Notes: generated by a model not told the origin, from the sequence alone. A stretch of DNA of 64,000 nucleotides from Octopus sinensis (GCF_006345805.1 NC_043000.1:78120001-78184000), one strand, 5' to 3'. Counted from the stretch's first letter, positions 26,901 to 40,986 are shown. A program made the numbers and translations.

Positions 26901-27385
26901 AAATCCCTGCCTGGCAGTGTTTCCGTGCGGCTTTACCTGTTCGCGACAAGCTGTCAAGGCACGGTAGTGCCGTCTCGCCGACATGCCCGCGATGTGAGCA
27001 GGATAGGGAGACCGTCTTGCACGCATTCGTGGAGTGTCCGGAGTTATCGGGACTGATAGCTTTTGTTGAACAACTGTTGTCAGTGATGGGAAGAGTACAG
27101 CTATCAGCTGAGTCTATCATCGAGATTGTGCCGCCCCCTTTCCTTAACAGGGAAAGAAAGGCTTGTTTTTTCTGTGTAGTAGCCATACTGAAAGAAACAG
27201 TATGGAAGACGCGTACGAAAGGTATAGTGACAGGCACCTTTGTCTCCGGCCAGGGGTTGATTAACTTTTTTAGTTACCACCTCAGTAGCAAAATCAGGCT
27301 GGAGAAGAGGTGTCTGTCACGAGATATGTTTGTGAAAAGATGGAAGCCTGTGGCATGCAAGATGGGTATGTTTGGCACCAGGTAA
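23987..27385 (+). pseudogene. Tx1 ORF2 (APE endonuclease, RT, zinc finger) with about three frameshifts
   Basis: LNVRGL, GDFN, TDH, FRPITLLN, LDQSKAFDRV, RQGCPLS, YADD and CPRC..H...C motifs. Frame breaks near 24463, 25685 and 26905. Confidence 0.92.
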
Positions 27386-27629
27386 GTGTGACCGGATCAG
27401 AAAGTAAAGGTTCTACCCGGATGGCTGGGTGTCCGTCCTTCGACATGATCATTAATATTTTTAAACATTGTCTTCGTAAAATTCATTGTTTATAATCTTA
27501 TCCGTAATTTCATTCGAAAATTGTAACTGTGTTAAGCTACTTCACCCATTATATTTGTCTGTCCTTGTTTGTCCCCTCTTTGTAAATGCCTAAATGGCAA
27601 ATTATATGAAATAAAGTAGCTTGCTAACC

Positions 27630-27794
27630 AACCACATGGTTCCGGGTTCAGTCCCACTGCGTGGCATCTTGAGCAAGTATCTTCTGCTATAGCCCCGGGC
27701 CGACCAATGCCTTGTGAGTGGATTTGGTAGACGGAAACTGAAAGAAGCCTGTCGTATATATGTATGTGTATGTGTATATATATATATATATATA

Positions 27795-27842
<48 letters not shown>

Positions 27843-28062
27843 TGTGTCTGTGTTTGTCCCCCTAGCAGTGCTTGACAACCGATGCTGGTGTGTTTACGTC
27901 CCCGTCACTTAGCGGTTCGGCAAAAGAGACCGATAGAATAAGTACTGGGCTTACAAAGAATAAGTCCTGGGGTCGATTTGCTCGACTAAAGGTGGTGCTC
28001 CAGCATGGCCGCAGTCTAATGACTGAAATAAGTAAAAGAGTAACAGAGTAAAAAAGAGAGTA
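27630..28062 (+). mobile_element. Remainder of the tRNA-SINE with an internal (TA)/(TG) tract
   Basis: B box ggttcagtccc; 3' end ggtggtgctccagcatggccgcagtc..gactgaaa with a (gagtaa)-type tail. Confidence 0.88.
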
Positions 28063-28768
28063 AGTATTTTCGTATACAGTTAGATAGTAAGAGATCTTTA
28101 ATAAAGTAGCGTGATCTACGCTTCCATAATCAGTATAAACAGAAAAAACCTAACCCTAACGCGCAAACACTTTTCTACGTAATCACAACAATTTATCCTC
28201 CGAGTGGTATGTATCTTTCTAAAGCATTAGAATATCGAATTAACATTGCTCTTGTAGATGACTGCCAAACAAAAGCAATATAGAGCTTAATGAAAATCCC
28301 ATTGAAATATTATTCTCACAACATATTATTCTCAGAAAGACGCCTTTCAGCATTACTCTCCAAGTATATCTGAAGATTAAAAGATGATAATATTGATAAT
28401 TATAACCTGATTGGTCCTTCAAAACGCTATACAATGTGCATTCTCTACTTCTCGGAGAAATATGTCATTATTTTAATGCCTTTTGCAATTTAAAACAAAA
28501 GAGTGGAATTCGTGCACATCAGCCGACGCTTCTTTCTAATTTTATTAAGAAATTGCCGACTAATAACAGGCTAAAATACTTTAATTCCTACATGAAAAAA
28601 TTGCGGTATCTGAAAGATAATATTTTAAGTCATAGAATGTATTTATTCATCGACGCTAAAATTTCAGAAAAAAAAGCTTTTAATGTATACGTTTGCTTTA
28701 TACACATGATACTGAAGCTATTGAAGTATCACGTTTTTGCTAACGAATCAGAAAAAAATACATGTTCT

Positions 28769-28828
<60 letters not shown>

Positions 28829-29103
28829 TCATCAACTTTACACTACTATATGCTAGTAGCCTGGATACCAAAGAAACTCAGAAAATTGAAAAATATCAAT
28901 TCCTCGATTTCTTTAGTGACTATTCAGATGAAGTAATTGTGCAACAAAAATATGACAATTGTCACGGCATCTGAACATGTACCTACGAGGCTGCAGGAAA
29001 TATGAGTGATTCGTTCAACATCCTTAAACAACCCTTATGCAGAGACCTTTTGAGAAGAATGGGTTACTCGATCTGAAGAAAATTCTAACTGGACACCACC
29101 TGC

Positions 29104-31875
29104 AAAGAACGAAAACACAACAACATATACATATAAAATATGGAAGAAAAATAACATAAATAAAGACTTGGATACAGCAATGAACCCTAATAAACTAGCT
29201 AATGTACGAAGATATATTCTCAACGCAAGAAAAATATCAGAAATAGAAATAGAACATTTAAAAGAAAAAATACATCAGGAAATTGTAGATAGAAGTCACA
29301 CAACAATGCCAAATAATACGAACACTGAGATAGTAAAACACGAAGACAAACGTAACATTCCCAACAAAAACAACAAAACCAGACCGTAAGGATGCATAAT
29401 AATGCTCGACATGCAGCGAGCCAAAACATGATAGACAAACATACGAATGAGAAAGAAAGCGACACAAATCTAAAACCTGGAAACAACGAAGGGGAGCCTA
29501 ATGATTATGACACTATAAAAAGTAGAATAATCAAAGAACTGAAAACCACAGATCTCAAAATGGACCATCGACCATACCTCCCAAAAATCAAAATAGACAA
29601 AAAAACAACATCAATTATAAACAGCATAAACCTAGCCGTCACGGAACTAATAGCCACTGAAACAAATAGCGATATCACTGAGCTAAATGACTTGGTATAT
29701 GCAGCAGCCACTGCAGCCACAAAAGAAGCTGGATACTCCCTCAAACCCATCCAAACAGAAGTACCACCACCCAAACAAACCCTGTGGATAAATAACATCC
29801 AAAAGAAAATACAAAAAATGAGAAAAGATCTGTCGATTCTTAACGAAATCAGTAGATAATCAACGCTACTAAGCAAGAAAAAGAAAACAAAAATACTGTG
29901 CAAATACAACATCACAGAAAAAGATTTACCTGAGATAAAAGAAAAGCTAAAGCAAGATATCCTTGCCAAAGCACAAAGGATTCGCCGGTATGAGAAACGC
30001 CAACGTTTCTTTGAACAAAACAAAAAGTTCAACTCCAACCCCAAAAAGTTCTTCCAAGAACTTGGCAAAAATAAAATAGAAATCACTGCAGCACCAACGG
30101 CAGAAGAAGTGGAAGAATTCTGGAAAGGAATATGGTCGGCGAATGAACAACAAAAAAAAAGGGGTATTAAAACAACAAACATAGCATCTGAGCAACTTTG
30201 GACCCCCATAACAACTGAAGAGGTCACCCAGGCACTGCAAAGATTAAGCAACTGGAAGGCACCTGGGCATGGCAAGATCCCCAACTTCTGGTTGAAATAT
30301 CTACCAGGAGTGCACAAAAAGCTGGCTGAAAACTTTAACAACATGCTGGCAGAGCCAGAGACAATGCCTGAATGGCTCACGAAGGGGAAAACCATCTTAA
30401 TTCCCAAATCCAATGAGACAGCAAAACCAGAAAACTACAGACCAATAACCTGTCTCCCTACAATCTACAGAGCATTTACTGCAGTAATATCACAAAGATT
30501 AAACAAGCACCTGGACGAAAACAACCTGTTTCCAGAAGAGCAGAAAGGATGCCGTAAAGGCTCATATGGCTGTAAAAATCAACTAATGATCAATAAAGCC
30601 ATAACTGAAGACAGCCACAGAAAGAAGAAAGGCTTCAGTATGGCCTGGATCAACTACAGAAAGGTGTTTGATAGTATCCCCCACACATGGATCCTCGAAA
30701 CACTAGCCATTAACAAAGTAGCACCAACAATTATAAAATACATAGGACACTCTGTGAATAAATGGCAAACAGTGCTACAGCTACGAACAAAAGAGGGACT
30801 CATGAAAACCAAAGCCATCCCCATTAGAAGAGGAATATTCCAGGGAGACACGCTCTCTCCACTCCTTTTCTGCTTGGCACTGTCACCTCTATCTGATATG
30901 CTAAATAGAACTGGATGCGGATATAAATGTTACATCACACTAGATAAAACCAATGAAATAAGAGAATTAGCCCAAAACCAAACTTACAAATACTTAGGAA
31001 TCCATGAACTAGATAAGACACAACACACACAAATGAAAGAGAAAATAAAGAATACTATAGACGAGTTAGATCAATACTAAAAACAGAGCTCAATGCTAAA
31101 AACAGGATAATAGGTATTAACACTTTAGCCGTGCCATTTATAAGCTACAGCTACAATATCTTTAACAGGACGCTAAATGAACTGACCAAAATAGACAGGA
31201 AAACAAGAAAAATAATGACAGGATCTAGGATGCATCACCCAAAATCTGACATAGAAAGGCTATATATACAACGTATAGAAGGTGGTAGAGGCCTTATACA
31301 GCTGGAAAATTACTATAAAATAACCACCACAGGACTGCAAAAATATCTACTTCAGAAGGAAGGAAAACTGATACAAATAGCGACAAAACACGTGCAAAAC
31401 AAAAACCTGTTCTCAGTATTTAAGGATGCTGACAAATACAAACAAGAAATCGGCCAACAGACCAGATATAATTGTCAGAGATCATGAAGAAAAAGATACT
31501 TTCTAATTGATGTATCAATACCAGCAGATGACAACGTGTCTATAAAAGAAATGAAGAAACTTTCAAAATACAAAGACCTGGAAATAGAGGTAACCAGAAT
31601 GTGGAATCTAAAAACAGAAACAATTCTTATCATAGTAGGTGCATTAGGCATGATTAAAAAACTATTCAGACAAATGCAAAACAAAAACACCAGGACTTAC
31701 AAGCACATATAACATACAGAAAATTGCACTACTAGGCACTGCACACATTCTACGCAGAATACTTTCTATACAATAACTATCAGAGCATCACAACAAATCA
31801 CAGCACATACCCAAGGCACACAGAGCTGCGCTCGGTAGTGAAGTGAAAGCACGCTATAAAAATAAAACTACTGAA
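29104..31875 (+). mobile_element. R4/Dong-type LINE, 5'-truncated, with two internal deletions
   Basis: NWKAPG, NYRPITCL, EQKGC, RGIFQGDTLSPLLF and LIDVSIP..KY motifs. The YMDD region and CCHC finger are absent. (AAT)n tail. Confidence 0.9.
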
Positions 31876-31900
31876 TAATAATAATAATAATATTAATAAT

Positions 31901-33478
31901 CCACTGAAACGGCAAAACCACAATACTACAGACCTATAACCTGTCTCCGTACAATGTACATAGCCTTTACATAGTCATATCGCAAAAATTGAGCAAACAT
32001 CTGGATGAAAACAGCCTTTTCTCAGAAGAGTAGAAGGGATGCTGCAAAGGCTCATACGGCTGTAAAGACCAACTAATGATCAATAAGCGAATTAGACCAA
32101 GTCAGTCTTACAAATATTTAGGAATCCATGAACTAGATATGATACAATACACACAAATGAAAGAGAAAATAAAGAAAGAATACTTCAGACGAGTTAGATC
32201 AATAATAAAAACAGAGCTCAATGCTAAAAACAAGATAATAGGTATTAACACTTTAGCCGTCCCAGTTATAAGTTACAACTACAATATCCTTAATTGGACA
32301 CTAAATGAACTAACCAAAATAGACAGGAAAACAAGAAAAATAATGACAGGATCTAGGATGCACCACCCAAAATCTGACATAGAAAGTCTATATATACAAA
32401 GTATAGAAGGTGGTAGAGGCCTTATACAGCTGGAAAACTATTATAAAATAACCATCATCAGACTGCAAAAATAACTACTTCAGAAGCAAGGAAAACTGAT
32501 ACAAATAGCCACAAAACACGAGCAAAACAAGAAAAAGTTCTCAGTATCTAAGGAAGCTGACAAAACAAAAAATCATACTACCTAACATATATGAAGAAGA
32601 AGAAACAACAAAAGCTATAAAACAAATTAAATCTAAACTAAAACTAGAACAGCAACTGACCATGATAAAACGATGGCAAGAAAAGCCCCTTCATGGCAAA
32701 TACTGGGCTAACCTAAATGCAAAAGAAATAGACAGAGAAAAATCACAGCAATGGTTGAGAAGCTCAGGACTCAAAGCAGAAACAGAGGGATTTTTAATTG
32801 CAGCACAAGACCAAAGCCTCCCCACCAGAAATTACCAAAAACATATAATGAAAAGAAACATAACAAAAAACTGCAGAATATGTGGAGATGGACAAGAAAC
32901 AATAAATCATATTATCTCTGGCTGCCCAGTCCTGGCTAAGAAGGAATATATTCACAGACACGACAGAGTTGGGACCTACAAACACTTGAAGCTATGCCAA
33001 CACTATGGAATAACAACAGAAAAAAGATGGTATAGGCACACACCAGAAAAGGTCACAGAAAACGAGAAAGCAACCATACTCTGGGATACGTCAATACACA
33101 CAGATTGAGAAATTAAGGCCAATAGACCCGATATAGTTGTCAGAGATCATGAAGAAAAAAATGCTTTCTAATTGATGTATCAATACCAGCAGATGACAAC
33201 GTTTCTCTAAAAGAAATGAAGAAACTTTCAAAATACAAAACCTGGAAATAGAGGTAACTCGAATGTGGAATCTAAAAACAGAAACAATTCCTATCATAAT
33301 AGGCGCATTAGGTATGATGAAAAAATATTCAGGATTTACACCAGGACTTACAAATATATATAACATACAGAAAATTGCACTACTAGGCACTGCACACATC
33401 CTGCGCAAAACACTTTCCATACAATAACCATAAGAGCATCAAACCAAACTACAGCACATACCCAAGGCACACAGAACT
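31901..33478 (+). mobile_element. Second copy of the same R4/Dong family (3' part)
   Basis: Near-identical to 30410-31830, plus a CRIC..H....C finger, RHD and RPDIV nuclease motifs. Confidence 0.9.
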
Positions 33479-33566
33479 GTAGAATATGACCTCTTAACCA
33501 AATGCTACCCAACTTTTCCCTAAAACAATGGTGGTGGTGGTGATAATGATAAAAATAATAATAATG

Positions 33567-33608
<42 letters not shown>

Positions 33609-33949
33609 TGGTGCTGCTGCTAATACTTAATACTACTAACACTACAACTACTACTATTAGGGAATCTGAGGCCCAGCTACCACCCTTACCACTACCCCCA
33701 CCCACGTTACTGTTGCTGCAATCACTGCTGCGACTACACATAAAAACAATATCAGTGATATCAGTGATGATAATATCAGTGATGATAATATCAATGATGA
33801 TGATATCAGCAATGATAATGATAATAATGAAAGGAAACGGGTGGAGCCTCCTCTTCCTCCTCCTCATGAGCTGATTAATGATACATCTAGTGATAGTGTC
33901 ACAATAAAAGCACTGGTAATTGCGCAACCTGATAATCGCTCCCTCATAT

Positions 33950-36900
33950 AAGTGACAACGATAAAACAAAATATTGTGAATAACGGTGGCAATGAAACCG
34001 AAGCCAATGGTGGTGGCAGCGTTACACCCGGTAGGCTCAGAGATTCTGGTCCGGTTCCAGCCTGTCGATATCCGGTAAGGGGCCACTACACACGGCGTAG
34101 ATGGAGCAAGCAAATTAATGCTGTGGTCATGGAGTGTTACTACCTGAGCAACCCGGTAGATGAAAATGGTGCTCAAATTAGGGGTTACCGACAACGTATG
34201 TATGATCAATGAAGAGAAAAGGGATTGTTTCAACTCACGGAACATAAACTATGTAATCAAGCTAGAGCAATAAGGAAAAATTGTTGGTTCACAGAAGTAG
34301 AGCTCGAAGCTATCAAAAGACGGGTCATGGAAAATAGCAGCCGAGATAACAATGAAAATACAGTTCTTACAAATAAGAGTAATCCCACAGCACAGGAAAG
34401 GAGCAGTGGTGGTTTACTTGATGAGACACATATAGATGATGGAAAAGAAGACAATAAAACTAAAAATAAAATTAATGGTGACATGACAGATGAGCAAAAG
34501 GCAATCTATGACACAATAAAGGCAAGACTACAGAACGATAGCGACATTATTTCAACCTTAAAAATGTTAATCAATGGAAATTGAACCAAGAAACGAAAAA
34601 TGTCAATGAAATTCAGAACAAACAACATCACAGAAACAAATAATTTCATCAAGGCAGCAAGTATTGTTGTAGCCGAAAACATGGGTGCTGATGACAAGAA
34701 AAAGAAACATAATGGGAGTGACAAAAGTAAAGATCCATGGTGAAAAAGAAGAATCCAAGCAGGGTTAGACATGCTCTCGAAAGAAATCTCAGTGTTAGAC
34801 CGAAAAGGGAAAGGGGAGCTTAAAAGCGAACAACAATACAGGGCGCTGAAAAGGAATTATAATATTGAAAGAAAGGGCCTGAAAGTAGTAGTGGAGGAAC
34901 TGAACCAGCACCTCGTTGCAATGAAAGCAAAGATGGCATGATACGACCAAAGAATGAAGGGTTACAACTAGAATAGATTATTCAGAGTAGATCAGAAGAG
35001 ATTCTATAAAGAAATAAATGGAGAGTGTACAGATGAAAAATTGATACCAGATAACATTGAAAGTCAAAGGTTTTGGAGTGACATCTGGAGCACAAGAAGG
35101 ATGCTGAATGGTTGCAAGAACTGAAAAAACAGTAGTCTGTCCAAAACAGGCAGAACTAGTAATTTCAGTTAGGGAAGTGAAGGAAACAAGCAAAAGAATG
35201 GGCAACTGGAAGGCCCCGGGACCAGATGGAGTTCAAAGCTACTGGACCAAAAGATTTGGTGAATGTCATGCACGAATAGCTGTGTCATGTTAAATGCCTT
35301 GTTAACACCAAGTAACACCAGGGTGGTTGACATTGGGTAGGACAGTGCTGTGCCTGTAAAAAATCGAAAAAGGCAATACGGTAGACAATTACAGGCGATA
35401 TCCTGTTTGCCACTAATGTGGAAGTTATTGACTGGAATACATGCAGAGTCAATGTACGAACATCTGGAAAAAATGGAGTCCTACCTCATAAGCAAAAGGG
35501 TTGCAAACGTAAGTGCAGAGGCACCAAGGATCAACTTCTGATAGACAAAAGTGTACTTAGAAACTGCAAGAGGAGGAAAAGTAACTTAGCTATGTCATGG
35601 ATCGACTATCGTAAGGCGTACGATATGATCCTACATTCTTGGATTTTGGAGTGTATGAACCTACTTGGTATTGCATCGAATGATGGGCGATTGCTTGGAA
35701 AAAGTATGGCGAATTGGAGGACGGACCTGACAGCATACGGAAGAAGTTTAGGGACAGTAGAAATTAGGAGGAGCATCTTCCAATGGGACTGCCTGTCCCC
35801 ACTGATCTTTGTACTGTGCTTGATACCACTAACACTGATTCTGAGGAAAGCTGGACATGTATTCAAAAGCCGCCAGCAAAAAGTCAACCATTTGTTATTC
35901 ATGGATGACCTCAAACTTTATGATGAAGCCCAAGTCAGTTCCCTCGTTGATACGGTGTATACTTTCAGTGTTGATATCAGAATAGAGTTCGGACTGAGAA
36001 AGTGTGGTGCGTTAGACTTGAAGAGAGGCAAAATCAAATGTATGGAAGGGTTAACGATACGGTCGGGGGAGGTTATGAAACAGATAGAAGAGACGGGCTA
36101 TAAGTACTTGGGGATTTTGGAAATGGATAAATTGATGGAGAAAGAAATGACAGAAAAATTTAAGGTGGAGTACTTGCGCAGACTGAAACTGATCCTTAAG
36201 TCGAAATTATATGGACGGAATAAGATCGAAGCTATCAACACCTGGGCGGTTTCACTCCTTAGATATGGAGCAGGGGTAATTGCACGGACAGTAGATGAAC
36301 TAAACAGCTTAGACAGAAAGATAAGGAAGTTGCTAACTAGATGTGGGTCACTCCACCCAAAAAGTGACACAGACAGACTATATGTACCAAGAAAAAGAAG
36401 GGAAAGTGGATATATTGGATGTGAACACAGCATTAGTGCAGAAGAAAACAACATAGAATAGTATGTAAAAAAAATGTCACAGAACCGCTATTATTAGAAG
36501 TAAGAAGGTCAGGCTTGTGTAGGATGAGATATTGCAAAGATAAAGCACTGTACAAGAAATTGAAGACGAATGAAACTGAAAATAGGTGGGTAAAGAAAAG
36601 AATGCGTGGTCAATTTCATAGGGATGTTGAAGATAAGACAGTCAGAGAAAAAAGATGGCTGTGGATGACTAAAAGGGATTTAAAACCGGAAACGAAGGCT
36701 CTAATCTGTGCTGCCAAATAGCAGGCACTAAGAACAAACTACATAAAATACAGATTAGACAACACAGCAGAAAGTGATAAGTGCAGAATTTGTGGGAAAA
36801 ACGGTGAAACCGTATGGCATATTACCAGCAAATGTACGCCATTAGCCCAGAAGGAATATAAGAGACACCACGTCGATATAGCCAAGCTTCTCCACTGGAC

Positions 36901-37432
36901 ACCCTGCCGCAAGTATGGACTTGACAGAGCAAAAAATTGGTGCGACCACAAAACTGAAGGCACTGTCGAATATAAAAATGCAAAGATCTTATGGGATCTC
37001 ATGATTCAGTGCGACCAGGAGATAGAGAATAGGAAGCAGGACATAGTCTTAATTGAGAAAGACAACAAACTATGCTGGATCATAGATATAGCATGCTCAG
37101 CTGACAACAAAGTATGCGATAAGGAAAAAAGAAAAGTCGAGAGATATGACGGGTTAGCTTGAGAAGTTAAGCAGCTGTGGTTGATGAAAAGGTAGCAGTA
37201 GTGCCAATAATTGTCGGAGCCCTGGGAAGAGTGAGCAACAATCTCGAGAAGTACGTGGAACAAATAGGGGCTGCAATAAGGGGGAAGCACTTGCAGAAAA
37301 CAGCACTGCTTGGAACCGCTCGAATATTCCGGAAGGTGCTCGAAAAATAAGAGGTGTTACCTCAGTTCACTGGGAGTAGTGAACAGCTGACACTGTAGTA
37401 CATCTCTAACGTTAGAAGCTGTGCAAAGGCAA
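33950..37432 (+). mobile_element. Near-full-length R4/Dong-type LINE (second family, decayed)
   Basis: [44 protein letters not shown] and CRICG finger, followed by (AAT)n. Confidence 0.9.
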
Positions 37433-37475
37433 TATCATTATTATCATTATTATTATTATTATTATTAATAATAAT

Positions 37476-37521
<46 letters not shown>

Positions 37522-37544
37522 TTAATAATTATAATAATAATAAT

Positions 37545-37582
<38 letters not shown>

Positions 37583-37623
37583 TGATGAAGATGATGATGA
37601 CGACGATGACGACGACGAACGAC

Positions 37624-37656
<33 letters not shown>

Positions 37657-38173
37657 AATGATGACGATGATGATGACGATGATGATGATGATAAATACCC
37701 TGATGCAGTACCATGCAGTCGTTCTCATGACTTTTGATCTTAATTGATTGGGAGTGTCATCATGTACATTGTTTTGGTATAAAAAGATGGGCTACAGCAA
37801 ATATTCTTCTCAATACCACAGATTTGCTAGTCAGTCGTTTGACTTTAACCAGTTCAGCATGTCCCTTAGTGGCTGACGATATGTGCATCTCTAATTACGA
37901 GCAGTAGTAGTAGGGGAGTGTGTTAAGAATTCTTTGGTGTTTGAATAATTCACCTCTGGAAACATGGGTAGTTTGTTCATCGTCCTTGAAACAAACCTTA
38001 TTCAGGGACCTTTTGTGTGTGACGGACTACTCGATCTAAAGAAAATTCTAACTGGACCCCACCTGCAAGGTCATGCGCTTCTTATCTTGATATGAAATCT
38101 CTATGTCGCGCACATATGGTTGTGATGCATGAGCCTAGTTTACCCTTATCAGACGGGTAATCCTGATGGGTAC

Positions 38174-38329
38174 GACATATGGCGTAGTGGTTAAGAGCGC
38201 GGGCTACTAACCCCAAGATTCGAAGCAGTGACCTGAATAATAATAATAATAATGATAATAATAATAATAATAATAACAATAACAATAACGATAACGATGA
38301 CGATGACGCTGATGATGATGATGATGATG

Positions 38330-38364
<35 letters not shown>

Positions 38365-38894
38365 TGCCCTGATGCAGTACCAGGCTGCTGATATTCAATG
38401 ATTGGAAGTGTTATCATGTACATTGTTTTGTCTTGGTATAAAAGATGGGCTACAGCAAATATTCTGCTCAGTACCGCAGATTTGCTTGTCAGTTGTTTGA
38501 CCTTAACCAGTTGACCATGCCTGACAATATATGCATCTCTGATCATGAGCAGAAGTAGTGGGGGAGCATCATAACCATGTGTGGAAAGGAATTCTTAGAG
38601 GTTTGGATATTTCGCCTTTGGAAATATGTGTGGTTCGTTCAACATCCTTAAACGATCCTTATTCAGGGACCTTTTGAGCGGGATGGGCTACTCGACCAGA
38701 AGAAAATTCTAACTGGGCCCCACCTGCAAGGTCATGCGCTGTTTATCTTGATATGAGATCACCATGTCGCGCACATATGATTGTGATGTATGTGCCTGGT
38801 GCACCCTTATCAGACGGGTAGTCATGATGCGTATACTGAGCTTCGTATATTTTACCCCAGTGTCACTTTGTTGGCATGCACTGCTCTCTCACTC

Positions 38895-38954
<60 letters not shown>

Positions 38955-39137
38955 AACATCGAAAAATACCTTAGGAATGAGAATCCAGGTTCGAAATTTC
39001 CCCAAGACACATGAAGAAGGCTGGAGGGTATATCAGCCGAAACGTTGTGTTAACAACAAAGATGAGGACAAATATCCGTCGAATGTAAATAATGTAAATA
39101 ATGTACATAATTCCTTATCTCTTAAATATAGAACTGT
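38174..39137 (+). mobile_element. tRNA-headed SINE-like element carrying a hammerhead motif, itself interrupted at 38367-38895
   Basis: tggcgtagtggttaagagcgcgggctactaaccc head, (AAT)n linker, and a body at 38955-39137 with an HHR fold at 39006-39051 (core C3 mutated to A). Confidence 0.65.
38367..38895 (+). mobile_element. ~550-bp (AAT)n retroposon copy
   Basis: Collinear with 3433-3985 and flanked by (AAT)n. Confidence 0.85.
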
Positions 39138-39219
39138 GTTCGTACGTTTGTACCCCAGTTTCACTTCGATAGCATGCGCTGCTCTCTCACTCAATAATAA
39201 TAGTATAATAATAATAATG

Positions 39220-40430
39220 CCAGAAACATAATTTCGACAAAAAAACTCGCGCGCAGTCGCAGTAGTTTGGTATGGCACTGGAATCCTGAAGTGGACAGAA
39301 GAAGAGTTACTGGAGATAGACATGGAGTCAAGAACTCTACTAATGATGCATGGAGCCTATCATCCATTGCAGAAATTGATCGCCTCTTGGAGCAATTGGA
39401 GGAAGGGGACTGATAAGTGTGGAAGACTGCGTGCGTATCGAACTCGAGAGCTTAATGAGATACCTAGCCCAAAATAAGGAAATCTTGACAGATAGGCTCG
39501 AGGAAGTATTGAAAGTAGATAAAAAGGGGAAAACAAAGGAAGATGTTCAAAAAAGGACATGAAGAAGAATTACGCAAGAAGGGACTACACAATCAATCCC
39601 ATGTGGCTACAACAGAAGCTGCTGGAAAATAAATGTGGGATGGGTGATCAAAGGAACCCTAAAAAAAGAGACCGAGAACACTATACTGGCAGCGTGAGAC
39701 CAAGCTTTGGCTAGGAACTGGAGAGTCAATCAAAGGAATGAGCAGGTGTCTCCACTGTGCCGCATCTGCAATAGAGTGGATGAAACTATTGCCCGTATCA
39801 CGAATACCCTAGACATGTTCCAAGCCACTGCAAGTTGTGGCGACATGACCATGTAGCGAATGTGCTACATTGGAAACTGTGAAAAGTGGGGGCTAGAAAC
39901 AGGCAAGACGTGGTATGAGCACAAACCGCTAAGAGTGACAAAGTCGGAAACTAGCAAAATCCTCAGGGATTTCCCAATCCAAACAGATCAGGTGCTAGAG
40001 CATAACAGACTGGATCTAGTAGTGGTGCACAAGGTGCACTGCATATGCTATATAGTTGATGTTGCATGCCCCTTTGACCCAGGAACGGTCAAGAAGGAAG
40101 GCGAAAATATAGATAGATACAACCCTCTTAAGTACGAAATAGCCCGGCTATGGAAAATGAAGAAGGTGAAGATAGTGCTAATTATTGCTGGGTCCTTGGA
40201 AACAGTATCAAAATGCATCAAGAGGAATATAGAAAAATTGGAATAGAATGCCCAGTAGAACTGTTACAAAAGTTTTGCCACCTTAGCACGGACAGAATAA
40301 TCAAGAAAGTATTAGACAGCTGAAGAGAATGAATAGCATGGTACCGTAGGTTGTAGATGGTAAGCCCGCTACGCATGCAAGACTCCAGGAACTCCAACAA
40401 AATCTGTAATAAAGAGAAAATAATAATAAA
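39220..40430 (+). mobile_element. R4/Dong-type LINE 3' fragment (third family)
   Basis: WYEHKP, DFPIQTD..HNRLDLVV..IVDVACP..KYE nuclease region. Confidence 0.8.
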
Positions 40431-40433
40431 ATG

Positions 40434-40975
40434 CTCTGATGCAGTACCAGACAGAGGCCCTCATGGCTTCTCACCTTAACTGATTCGAAGCGTTATCATA
40501 TACATTGTTTTGCCTTGGTATAAAATATACAGCAAATATTCTGCACAATACCACAGATTTGTTTGACCTTCTTCAGTTGAGCATGTCCCTTAGTGGATGA
40601 CGATATGTGCATCTCTGACCATGAGCAGAAGTAATGGGGGAGCATCATTAGTCATGCGTTGGAAGGAATTCTTTGAGGTGTGAATAATTCACCCCTACAG
40701 ACATGGGCGTTTTGTTCATCATCTTTAAAACAAACCTTATTCAGGGACCTTTTGAGCGAGATGGGCTATTCGACCAGAAGAAAATTCTAGCCGGGTCCCA
40801 CCTGCAAGGTCATGCGTTGCTTATCTTGATATGGGATCACCATATTGCGCACATATGGTTGTGATGCATGTACCTGGTGTACCCTTATCAGACGGGTAGT
40901 CATAATGGGTATATTGGGCTTCGTATATTTGTATTCCAGTGTCACGTTGATGGTATGCGCTGCCTTCTCACTCAG
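40434..40975 (+). mobile_element. ~550-bp (AAT)n retroposon copy
   Basis: Collinear with 3433-3985. Confidence 0.85.
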
Positions 40976-40986
40976 TAATAATAATA

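Larger units (their letters stand above)
22178..27613 (+). mobile_element. Full-length Tx1-clade (L1 group) non-LTR retrotransposon
   Basis: TSD aagtagcttgctaacc at 22162-22177 and 27614-27629; ORF1 plus ORF2 architecture. Confidence 0.92.
37698..39194 (+). mobile_element. ~550-bp (AAT)n retroposon split at 38173/39138 by a nested insertion
   Basis: The 5' part ends ..gatgggtac at 38173. The 3' part resumes ttcgtacgtttgtacccc at ~39139. Confidence 0.8.

Noticed and set aside
38180-38235. Possible tRNA gene
   Set aside because: There is no complete T arm or acceptor stem, so it is treated as a SINE head.
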